Shown piece by piece: positions 1-9,075 of a stretch of DNA of 64,000 nt. The notes below the pieces were generated by a model. That model worked only from the letters and a program-made list of their open reading frames with translations. It was not told where the DNA came from and searched no databases. The stretch is from Daphnia carinata (Eukaryota), in contig NC_081334.1 of the NCBI RefSeq assembly GCF_022539665.2, forward strand, positions 1,116,001-1,180,000, in the 5' to 3' direction. Position numbers and translations under genes: made by a program. Each line of letters begins with the position of its first letter. The stretch's first letter is position 1.

Positions 1-14
1 GTGAGCAGGAAGCG

Positions 15-323
15 TTGACGAAAATTCGTGAATATCTTTCGCAAAACGTAATACCTCGATTGGAAACTGAAAAAAAGTGTGCACTCCGTGAAATAAGTAA
101 CAACGATACAAGAACAGAACAATTTGAACATCTTGGTTTGAGCAATAAGCAGTTTCAACTTGATCAGCAATCCAACTCTGAACTGCAAGTAAAACTTCTA
201 AATGAATCGAATGTGGATCTTGAACAATCTCAAACAGAAGCTGAAAATGTTTTGTGCCAACTTTTATTATTAGAAAATCAACTCCAAATAAATGAAACTT
301 TTGGTTCGGCAGATAAATTGTGA
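15..323 (+). CDS. Possible coding fragment (coiled-coil-like, Q/E/L-rich), probably the 3' exon of a gene starting before the window
   Basis: 102-aa open frame rich in E/Q/L/N; no ATG start inside the window and no recognisable family motif. Confidence 0.25.
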   Translation: MTKIREYLSQNVIPRLETEKKCALREISNNDTRTEQFEHLGLSNKQFQLDQQSNSELQVKLLNESNVDLEQSQTEAENVLCQLLLLENQLQINETFGSADKL

Positions 324-2007
324 CGTAATAGGCACAACCAGAACGTTTTTCTGACCGATTTCACCATTAGCAATTTACGCATTGTCGTTGTTGTTCCCTA
401 TGCTTTTTTAGGTAATGTAACGGATCTGGCAAACAAACGGGATTGCCGAAAGAAATCGTTGTTCATGTTTCACTAACAATTCCGTTAATTAATTCATATA
501 CATCTGATTTTTGTGAACAGCAGCATGAAGAATTTCACTTCGTTCCCACAATTAATTCCCATAAATAAACCATTTCAGTCCAATTTCAAATAAAATTTAG
601 CTTCAAAATTAAACTAATTAATTTTCATCAACATCAATCAATCAAAAATAAAATGCAGGTATGGGCCACATTACTTGTGGCGTTCGTTGCGGACCTTTGG
701 CGAACCCTTTAAGTCCAGCGCTCAGCCAACTTCTCTTGTTTCAGTAAAATGTGAGCTCGTTTTTGCAGCAGAAGATACAGGAAAATAACAAAAATTAAGA
801 TTTGAAAAATTAACATGTAATCCAATTTTTATACTTTTTTATGTAACACAAATGTTTTATACATGGACAGAAGATGAAGCAAGAAGAAACCATGAGGGCT
901 CCAATCTCAGTGAGTTTCAACATCCTTGGTCACCAAGGAAATGTTCTTCCCTTTCAACCAACAGCCTGTAACATACCTGACCTATAATAACATTGTTGGC
1001 AACTCGTATCGGAAACATATCAAAAGTAACTAAAGCCTTTTGATACATCAAATTGCAAATCAAAAACTTTCATCAAGTTTATTATTTAGATGCCAATCTG
1101 AAAGTACACCAAAGTTGTATGTCATTTCCACTGCTCGACCAAGCACACGAACAATTATGGTAACACGTCACATAACAGTAATTATATCACTGGAATAAAA
1201 TGAAAAAAATATAATTGCACAATTTCATACACAGATGCTTTTAGGTTTTACTCAACAATGTCTTAACTTATTTTCTAGTAAAATTGGCAAATGAAGTAAA
1301 GAAATTTAAGTCAGAATCTACATACCATAAAGAACGGTGCTTCCTGCTGTGGCCGTAGGACGAAGTACTGCTGCAAAGAAAGATACTTACATGACTGTGA
1401 ATTGCTGTGCTACCTGCCGTCATTATATACGCGACGGCGTATATACTGTATGCTTCACATTCTACCTTGACCTTTTGCAGTGACCTGGACTAGAAGAATA
1501 ACCTTAGGCAATTCTATTACAGAGAATAAAATACCCTCTGGCTCTTTAATTGCAGATCTGCCGTGTTTGGTGCTATAATGGTGTTTCAGGCCTTGGAACG
1601 TGGATTTGAAAAAAAAAAATTCACATGCTAGGCACCTTTCGTAATTTTTGGATATACCGATCGCACACCATCACGGCTGAGTATTAACATTTGATTTTTT
1701 CTCTTTGCTGGTTTAGTCTAGTCATACATGGTAATTATACCGATATCTATCGCCCAACTAGGCGACCCACAAATGGACTTTCTGTAATTGTTCCCTAAGT
1801 ACGAGACGGGATACGAAAATCCCTTTATTTTAAATGGCTAGGCTGACGAAAAACTAATCTATTTTTGGAAATCAGCGTTCAATTCTGAATAAAATGTATG
1901 ATTTTCGTTGAATTCCACGAGGTGTCGTTTTGGGGGAATTTTGACAAAAGTGAGAAGGGTATAGCCTTCCCACTTTTCATTTTTGGCAAAATTCTAGATA
2001 CAATTAA

Positions 2008-2110
2008 ATATGGCAATCCGTTTTACATAAAAAAAAAAAAAAAATGGCGGAAAAAAAAAAAAAATCGCACTTTTTTCTCTTTTTTCTACCAGTAGTCATC
2101 TATCAGTCGG
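2008..2110 (+). repeat. Shared upstream module, copy A (ATATGGCAATCCGTTTTAC...A-run...T-rich...CATCTATC)
   Basis: 2008-2026 is a 19/19 reverse-complement match to 8233-8251; the following A-run, pyrimidine run and CATCTATC are also collinear with 8160-8232 read on the minus strand. Confidence 0.7.
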
Positions 2111-2217
2111 TTTCGTTATTACAGGCATGTAAGCAATTTGAGTTAATTGTATCCCATTAGCAGTTAATTGAGTAGCGTGGCTGGAGAACAACGCGTGGCT
2201 GGAGGAACAATTGAAAA

Positions 2218-3670
2218 ATGGATAAGATAATAAAACAAAAATATGGTAAGTATAAACATTATTATATTGGTTTTCAATTATTAATTATTGTTTATTAGAT
2301 CAAATTATGAAGCTGCAGGCCCAGTTATTGGAACAACACAAAATATTAGATAACAAAGCTAAGGATCGTAGGCCTAACACGTAATGATTCTATTTATTTG
2401 CTTTTATTCATTCGTGTTTTGTAGCTCAAATTTTGAGTCTTCAAGCTCAGCTAGGGGAAAAGAACAAATTGGAACGGAACAGTTTCCAAACAGTGAAGGA
2501 GGTTTTTCAAAATTCATCTCTAACTGAACATGAGGATGAGTTGGCATTAGGTGAACACAGCCAGGTACCTAAAGTTTTCAAATAAGAATTCAAAATAAGT
2601 ATAGAATTTTAAAAAACAATTATTTATTGCTTAGTTATTCAGTCCACCACATGACAGTGTGTTAAATTTAAATTCTGTTAGTGCTGCACTAAAAGAATCG
2701 TTAGTAATAAGCTCATGCAGTGAAGGAACTGAACAATTGTGGGAACGTATTTGGGCCGAAAATGGGTGTGGTACAGAAACCCAGAAATGGCACAAGTTCA
2801 ACATGAAACATGGATTAGGTACTTTTCGGTTTTTTGTCTATCGAAAAAGTATTTTTAATGCTATTATTTTGCATTCACAGATTTTAACGGGGGATCAAAT
2901 CAAGTCTGGAAGTGTTACAGGATGGAAGAGTGAGCCTACAGATGAAAAAACACTGAGAGTGCATTACCGTAAGGTGTGAGGTAAATTAATAGAGTAATGC
3001 AAATTGCCTAAGGAGAAGTACCATCTTGTGTTAATGAATCCAGTACAACAGCAATCCTTTATAGTTCTGTCACAGCTAGAAGCCTCAAATAATTCTGCTT
3101 CTCTGTCTAAAGAACAACTTGTCCTTTATGTTCAGAGTGTTGGGGAAACTGGGTACTTAAATGGCCCTAAAGATGTTTTAATTTTGCTGCTATTGCAGAG
3201 ATGAACATCATACATGGACTCTTTAGGTATGAAAGGATTTTTCTTCAAATAATTTTGAATTTATGACGAAGAATTTCTCCTCCTTTTTGCCAACCAGGTC
3301 TTATCTACCAAAAAAAATTTTATCCAATAGGAAAGGATTTTCATGTACTGGGAACACAACTATCAACAATGCAACATTCTACAGGTGCTAGTTTATCATT
3401 CAAGAGCCTTATACAATGAAGTTAATCTGCAATTTGTATGTCCTTTCCCAAGCTTCCACCAGAAGTTGAATCTATGAGTCATGTAAGTTCCATGATCAAC
3501 AATTGATGTGTTTAACAGTGTTGTTTTTCTTTTCTCAATATAGGTTAATAGTAACATTGGATCTGAAAAGATTCTTGGTTGGGGCAAGACACTGAATAAA
3601 TTGTATTGATTGGATGGATGACATGACATTGCTATACTTAATTCGGATTCCCCAGACGGTATTTGATATT
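2218..3670 (+). pseudogene. Decayed multi-exon gene of unknown family (coiled-coil N-terminus, CPLCSECW motif, C-terminal GSEKILGWGKTLNKL exon)
   Basis: ATG at 2218 followed by short exons separated by apparent introns (MDKIIKQKY / DQIMKLQAQLLEQHK / AQILSLQAQLGEKNK / ...EQLWERIWAENGCG...); later exons carry in-frame TGA/TAA and a frameshift; the last intron and exon are homologous to 5350-5620 on the minus strand. Confidence 0.6.
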
Positions 3671-3675
3671 AAAAA

Positions 3676-4056
3676 AATTGAAGTGCATATCTGGGCTCCC
3701 TTCTTTTCTGAAGCCCCGTTTCCCCTTGACTCGTAATAAGCCCGTAGGGGGTCATGCCCCTACTGTACGGTATATATAAAAACAACATATACCGAGGTTT
3801 GGAGGGCTCTGGCCGGAAAGGGGACGTGGGGTGCCGCTTCGTCCGATGATGTGTTCACGGAGGGTGACGTGGCTGCCCACAAATCCGAACTAAAGGTTAA
3901 TCGCTCCTGTAAAAATGTTCCAAATCTTCAGCTCTTCTTCCGGCTTCTCTTAGCCAATCACCGGGTAATCTCCCCGGTGGGTCAACAAGGCAGTGTCTCC
4001 CCCTGCCTGGGTTGACGGCAACTTTTGAAAGGGCTACTGTGCCTTTTTAAAGTTGC
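3676..4056 (+). ncRNA. Candidate structured RNA / ssDNA element, copy 1 (~380 nt, at least 7 hairpins), family unknown
   Basis: Stems GGGCT/AGCCC (3693-3716), GTAGGGG/CCCCTAC (3744-3763), CGGTATAT/ATATACCG (3768-3794), a TCCG/CGGA-cored long stem (~3829-3878), GGCT/AGCC (3942-3955), CACCGGG/CCCGGTG (3959-3979), GTCAAC-AGGCAG/CTGCCT-GTTGAC (3981-4016), GCAACTTT/AAAGTTGC (4018-4056); most are kept in divergent copy 3. Confidence 0.55.
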
Positions 4057-4208
4057 AAAATAATTCTAATGTGCAGAGAATTGTCAATAAAATTTTTTTT
4101 ATAAAATATTTTTTTCAAAATTTGTTTCTTTTATTGTCTGTTTTCGCTGTGTACACACATTACATTTATCACCTATTTTTTGTTTAGCTTGCTCAATTCA
4201 CCTTTATT
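3676..4208 (+). repeat. Left arm of ~533-bp inverted repeat (contains structured element copy 1)
   Basis: Reverse complement aligns to 4817-5350 with about 20 substitutions by manual count (~96% identity). Confidence 0.95.
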
Positions 4209-4372
4209 GTTTTAGCAACCTTTGGTGGTAAGCATTGTTTCCCTTGTTTTATCGTTTATCTGTAAGTATTCAATTATTATTTAATGCACACTTTGAATTC
4301 TTCAACTTAGATTCAAGGAATAACGTGCAATACGTGGATATTTTTTTAAGTAATTTTGTATTTGCTTGTTAT

Positions 4373-4445
4373 TTTACTCGTATGGGAACCGATCCCCAGA
4401 CATTTAGCGTGCAACGCCGATGCTCTAACATTGAGCCACGAGATA
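4373..4445 (-). pseudogene. Degenerate tRNA-like module 1 (TGC at the anticodon position)
   Basis: Minus strand CTCG-TGGCTCAATGTTAGAGC-A-TCGGC GTTGCAC GCTAA-ATGTC-TGGGGATCGGTTCCCAT-ACGAG: D-arm/A-box, anticodon arm, decayed T-arm, CTCGT/ACGAG closing stem. Confidence 0.55.
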
Positions 4446-4541
4446 TATATAAATTTTTTATTATCGCATATCATATGTTATCGTCTAGGATGTTTATGCA
4501 GTCCTTCACAACTATATGTTTATCTGTCTATTGTTTTTATA

Positions 4542-4612
4542 AGGACCATAGCTCTGTGGTAGAGTCTTTAGCTGCGATATCTGTTACCCTGGGTTCAAAC
4601 CTCAGTAAATGT
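4542..4612 (+). pseudogene. Degenerate tRNA-like module 2
   Basis: A-box-like TAGCTCTGTGGTAGAGT at 4549 and B-box-like CTGGGTTCAAACCTCAG at 4589-4605 with tRNA spacing; anticodon arm decayed. Confidence 0.5.
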
Positions 4613-4728
4613 TTAAAAATGAATCAGAATAAATGTAGGAAAGAATTTTGCAGTATTGCATTTCAGTTTTATTCTAAGTGTAAATGCAAGTCCGCAAGTG
4701 ACTAGAAAAAAGCCAACTTGTCATCATA

Positions 4729-4800
4729 TGATTTATGGCTCATTGGTAGAGCATCGGCGCGGTATGCCGAGTATCCAGGGTTCAATCCCTGGATAATAAT
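4729..4800 (+). pseudogene. tRNA-like module 3 (GGT at the anticodon position, non-canonical loop, weak acceptor stem)
   Basis: TGGCTCATTGGTAGAGC D-arm/A-box, TCGGC-GCGGTAT-GCCGA anticodon arm, TATCCAGGG-TTCAAT-CCCTGGATA T-arm/B-box; lacks U33 and a full acceptor stem, so probably not a functional tRNA. Confidence 0.7.
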
Positions 4801-4816
4801 TGAATGCTTACAGATA

Positions 4817-5350
4817 AATAAAGGTGAACTGAGCAAGCTAAACAAAAGATAGGTGATAAATGTAATGTGTGAACACAGCGAAAACAGACAACGAAAGAAA
4901 CAGATTTTGGAAAAAATATTTTATAAAAAAAATTTTATTGACAATTCTCTGCACATCAGAATTATTTTGCAACTTTAAAAAGGCACAATAGCCCTTTCAA
5001 AAGTTGCCGTCAACCCAGGCAGGGGGAGACACTGCCTTGTTGACCCACCGGGGAGATTACCCGGTGATTGGCTAAGAGAAGCCGGAAGAAGAGCCGAAGA
5101 TTTGGAACATTTTTACTGGAGCGATTAACCTTTAGTTCGGATTTGTGGGTAGCCACGTCGCCCTCCGTGAACACATCATCGGACTAAGCGGACCCCCACG
5201 TCCCCTTTCCGGCCAGAGCCCTCCAAACCTCGGTATATGTTATTTTTATATATACCGTACAGTAGGGGCATGACCCCCTACGGGCTTATTACGAGTCAAG
5301 GGGAAACGGGGCTACGGAAAGGAAGGGAGCCCAGATATGCACTTCAATTT
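4817..5350 (-). repeat. Right arm of inverted repeat (contains structured element copy 2, 4969-5350)
   Basis: ~96% identical to the reverse complement of 3676-4208. Confidence 0.95.
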
Positions 5351-5624
5351 ATGAAAAATTTAATACCGTTTTAAATGAGAATCTGAATGAAGTATGGAAG
5401 TTCCATGTAGTGTATCCAAACATAATAATTTATTCAGGACCTTGCCCCAAACAAGAAACCTTTTCAGATCAAAATTTATTGTTCATCTATAATAAGACAG
5501 TAAAACACCATTAGGCATAAAAACTCTTAATTCATATATATAGTTCATACCTTACATGATTCGTGAGTTGATTGCGAGCATATTCTTCTGTCAGAAGCTT
5601 CGGAAGAACATTTACGATTTTCGT
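5351..5624 (-). pseudogene. Remnant of the last two exons of a paralog of the unknown gene at 2218-3670
   Basis: Minus strand gives ...IVNVLPKLLTEEYARNQLTNH | GT..AG intron | MNNKF*SEK, then after a frameshift FLVWGKVLNKLLCLDTLHGTSILHSDS; compare ...ICMSFPKLPPEVESMSH | intron | VNSNIGSEKILGWGKTLNKLY*LDG*HDIAILNSDS; same intron position. Confidence 0.7.
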
Positions 5625-7545
5625 TTACGCTCACCATGGATGCTGGTAGACTAGACATTTAAAGTTAAGACACTTTGCCCAATTCCAACAGTTTTGATTC
5701 TTACTTGTAAGTTGTTATTGCACGAGAATGCAGCGACGAAATCCGCGGTCTTTTTGCTGTTGACAAAAAGGATAGTCTTGGCACCACCGAGATCTTGTAA
5801 AACTTCGATCAGCTTAGCTCTCTTTTCTCTTTTCGAGCACTGAAAAAACAGCTGTTCAACACCCGGATTGGTGCCACCGACAATGCCTGTTGTGACGAAT
5901 ATATAGTCTTTCATGTACGTCACAGCCAGCTCTTGCACTTCATCTGGGAATGTAGCCGAAAACATACAAACACGACGGATTCCCTACAGAGAAACAAATA
6001 GTATTACATCAGTCAGATCTCATTCTCAAAAGCCATCGAGGACATACATTCGGATGCATCGTTGGATGATTGACAATTTTTCCAACATTGGGACCGAAAC
6101 CCATATCAAGCATTCGATCAGCTTCGTCCAAAATTTAAAACCTGACTCACGAGAAGTCAAATACTTCACGGTCGAGAAAATCATTGAATCGCCCCGCGGT
6201 CGCGACAAAAATATTGCACCCAGCTTGAAGATTTGACCGCTGATGGCTCGTGACAGTTCCTCCATATTAATCAAAGACTTTAAAACCGAACTGTAGGAGA
6301 ATTTACACGCCTCGCGGTGAATTTGAATGGCCAATTCACGAGTGGGTGCGACAATTACAACTTCTGGCTTTTGCCTCATGGTATGAGACGCACCAACAAC
6401 ACCTTGTTCTAACAATATGTTCATAACCGGTACCAAGTACGCCGCCTGCATGAAAAAATGTAAAATTTTAGATGACTTAATCAACGAATATCACGAAGGG
6501 TTTGTTGAGTATCCTAGATGCAATTGGACCTTTTAGTAGTCGCAATCACCGGCGTGCCCACTCAAAATTACTTTTACTTCAACTTACCCAGTTCATACCG
6601 ACCCATTCGAATCAAGTCAGTACAAGGGAATCAAGGTTTCAAAATTACACAGCGTTAATTAGTTGGATTACCGTTTTCCGGAGCCCGTGACCGCACAAGC
6701 AATTAAACCTCTTTTGGCAAGAATAACTACAACTGAAGCTTTCTGAACAGGTGTTGGTTTTATGTAGCCAGAATTCTTAATGTTTTGAAGTAGTAGTTGG
6801 TGCAGGCCGGCTTCTTCGAATGATATTATGTATTCAAGTACATCTTTTCCTGTAGCCTAAAGCAAACACAATAGATATTTTTAAAGAAATACAGTTTTGA
6901 GAAATAGCTTACATGGAGAACGACTTTATCAAAATTGTTAAAGCGTTCCCACATAGACAATGCACTTAAACAGCTCCTTTTCATCGCATGTCCCAGCTTC
7001 TGGAATGTATTGCTCATGTGGCTTTCCATCTTCCGTCAATTCACTGAAGAGATTCGGGCAGCCTTTCGAGGTGTGGTCAGCTTCGTTACACTAGGAGTAA
7101 AACAATGAACACTGGAACATAAAATAGTTTTGTTTAGATATCATTGATGTTTACATCATAACAGTTGCTGCCACCAATGCTTCCTCCTTGAGGAAAATCC
7201 CTTGCTATATTGCCCTCTTCTTCATTAAAAATGAGCATTAAAAATGATGTTTTTTTTGTTTTTTGTTTATCTCATGGCAGGTACGACTTCCACCACCGCC
7301 GCGACCCTCTTGTGGACAATCCTTCGAGAAATGTCCCCCTTCCCCATACTATAATAAGAACCAAGAAGTTAAGTTCGAACACATGTTTCTATATTTTCAT
7401 CTTACTTTGTGATGTCAACGGACCACTACCGCCGCCCCCACCAGCTTGTGGACACTCTGGCAAAATGTCTTTCACACTGTTAAACAAAACCATAGTTTAA
7501 AGTAATCACACTAGGAATACAAGAAAACACTTACCTAGTGACCCT
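5625..7545 (-). pseudogene. vas: vasa/DDX4 DEAD-box helicase pseudogene, intron-containing, 3'-truncated
   Basis: Decayed CCHC knuckles with Gly-rich linkers (GHFSKDCPQ, CNEADHTSKGCP), Q-motif GYIKPTPVQK, motif I AVTGSGK, PTRELAIQI, LDEADRMLDMGF, SAT, LFVNSKKTAD, STSIHGER; frameshifts and stops; motifs V/VI absent. Confidence 0.88.
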
Positions 7546-8159
7546 GGACAGAAAAAATGTAGAACAGAATGAAACAAATAAGATGATATAGAGAGGTCAA
7601 GAAGTAAAATCTAACGAGGACGGTCTATCTAGTGAGTAAAGGTAGACAGCAGACTACACGCGTTAAGCCAATCTAAAAATATGCCTAAAAAAAAAACTGT
7701 CCGATGAGCCACGGTTTAAGGCGCCTCTTATGGACGCAAAAGTCATTACGAGAAATTTTATCCGCCACAAACTAAATGTTTTTAAACATTTAAAGTACTT
7801 ATCCAAATGAAAATTTAACTTAAGAAAATTTATATGTTTGAGTAATATAAAGACGTTATCGTGTATTATTTTCATATCGCAACAACCAATAATGACTTTA
7901 TATTATTCAAACATATTATTTATACCTAAAACAAGCAATTATTCTCATTGCTATTAGAATTACATTCATTGTAATTGCTGCAGCACAAAATGGAAAGTTA
8001 ATAGTTAATAGTTAATAGTAATAATAATGAAGTTAAGTAAGTAGAATATAACAAAATAATTATTGTATAGTTATATTTTAATGAAATAAAGTTATTAATT
8101 AAAAAAATTATATATTTATATGGCTAGAATTCGTAAAGTTGTATTTAGAAAATTAAGTA

Positions 8160-8251
8160 GGAATCTGGCCGATAGATGGCCATAGCTGTAAAAAAGAAAA
8201 AAAAGGCCGAAATTTTTTTTTTGGGGGGGGGGGTAAAACGGATTGCCATAT
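8160..8251 (-). repeat. Shared upstream module, copy B; left arm of a short inverted repeat with 8352-8402
   Basis: Minus strand ATATGGCAATCCGTTTTAC-C run-A run-TTTCGGCC-T rich-GCCATCTATCGG matches 2008-2110 and 8353-8400. Confidence 0.7.
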
Positions 8252-8351
8252 CGATTCAGAATTCAACGAAAATTACGAAAATCAAGTTTATTTTTTCATT
8301 GGGATCATAGTTTTTTGCATAAGAGTAAAAAAAAATAGAAAAGAAAAATAA

Positions 8352-8402
8352 AATATGGCAAACTGTTTTACCCCCCAAAAAATAATATCGGCCTTCTTTT
8401 CT
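8352..8402 (+). repeat. Shared upstream module, copy C; right arm of the short inverted repeat
   Basis: ATATGGCAAACTGTTTTACCCCCCAAAAAAATAATATCGGCCTTCTTTTCT is an imperfect reverse complement of 8198-8251. Confidence 0.7.
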
Positions 8403-8585
8403 AGTAAAGAAATCTGCCCGCTATAATACCGGCTAAATAGACCCGACGAACCATGACCTTCGATTTTGGCTGTCTGTGCTTTAGAACAAAGATATTTTAT
8501 GATAAAATCAAAGATCCTGACGAAGTTGTCAACGCTATTTTTTGAAGCTTGTGAAACTATCCGTTAACCGGTCTGAAATCATGTA

Positions 8586-8655
8586 AAACCATGAGTTCTG
8601 AGGTAGAGCGTCTGCCTACTGAAGTGAAAGTCTAGAGTTCGAGTCAAATCAGAGA
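8586..8655 (+). pseudogene. Degenerate tRNA-like module 4
   Basis: GAGTTCTGAGGTAGAGC D-arm/A-box-like and GAGTTCGAGTC B-box-like motifs with tRNA spacing, ~40 bp from element copy 3. Confidence 0.45.
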
Positions 8656-8693
8656 AATGTTCTATGTAGTCCGATGTGGACAATTTAATGACG

Positions 8694-9075
8694 TGCAACT
8701 TTGAAAGGGCAAAACAGCCGATTTCAAAGTTGCAGTCAACCAAGGTAGGGGGAGACACTACCTCAGTTGAATCACCGGGGAGATTACCCGGTGCGTGGCT
8801 AAGAGAAGCCGGAAGAAGAGCGAAGGTATCGGACAAGCTTTTACATGGGCGATTAACTGTTAATTCGGATTTTTGGGTAGCCCCATAGCCCTCCAATGAT
8901 ATCATCGGACTATGGGGACCCCCCCGTCCCATTTTCAGACAGCGCACCCACAACCTTTGCTGCTGATCACAGTAGGGGCATGACCCCCTACGGGTTATTA
9001 CAAGTCAAGGGAAAACGGTGCCACAGAAAAGAAGGGAGCCCAGATATGCACTTAAATTTTTTAAAATAAAATACC
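8694..9075 (-). ncRNA. Candidate structured element, divergent copy 3
   Basis: Collinear with 4969-5350; invariant blocks CACCGGGGAGATTACCCGGTG, GGCTAAGAGAAGCCGGAAGAAGAGC, ACAGTAGGGGCATGACCCCCTACGGG, GAAGGGAGCCCAGATATGCACTT; stems kept despite substitutions. Confidence 0.6.

Noticed and set aside
650..1560. Possible further decayed minus-strand gene
   Set aside because: Some splice-like signals and Cys-containing fragments, but no coherent frame or family could be reconstructed
3676..4056. Element as a known RNA (telomerase RNA, RNase P/MRP, SRP, SECIS, hammerhead or twister ribozyme)
   Set aside because: No conserved CCTAACC-type template, no P4 consensus, no CTGANGA...GAAA core, no AUGA/AAR/GA SECIS layout; upstream ORFs contain TAA as well as TGA stops. 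Not formally excluded without Rfam.
4235..4705. 156-aa ORF in the inverted-repeat spacer
   Set aside because: TTG start, AT-rich composition, overlaps the tRNA-like modules, no recognisable domain
4729..4800. Functional tRNA-Thr(GGT)
   Set aside because: G32/C33 anticodon loop, shifted T-stem register and poor acceptor stem; treated as a tRNA-like pseudo-module
3676..5350. Simple MITE/foldback transposon with 533-bp TIRs
   Set aside because: Homology continues outward beyond the arms into paralogous coding remnants, no target-site duplication was seen, and a solo divergent third copy exists
8579..8953. ORFs 8579-8953 (-) and 8676-8888 (+)
   Set aside because: They lie over element copy 3, and the frames are not preserved in copies 1 and 2
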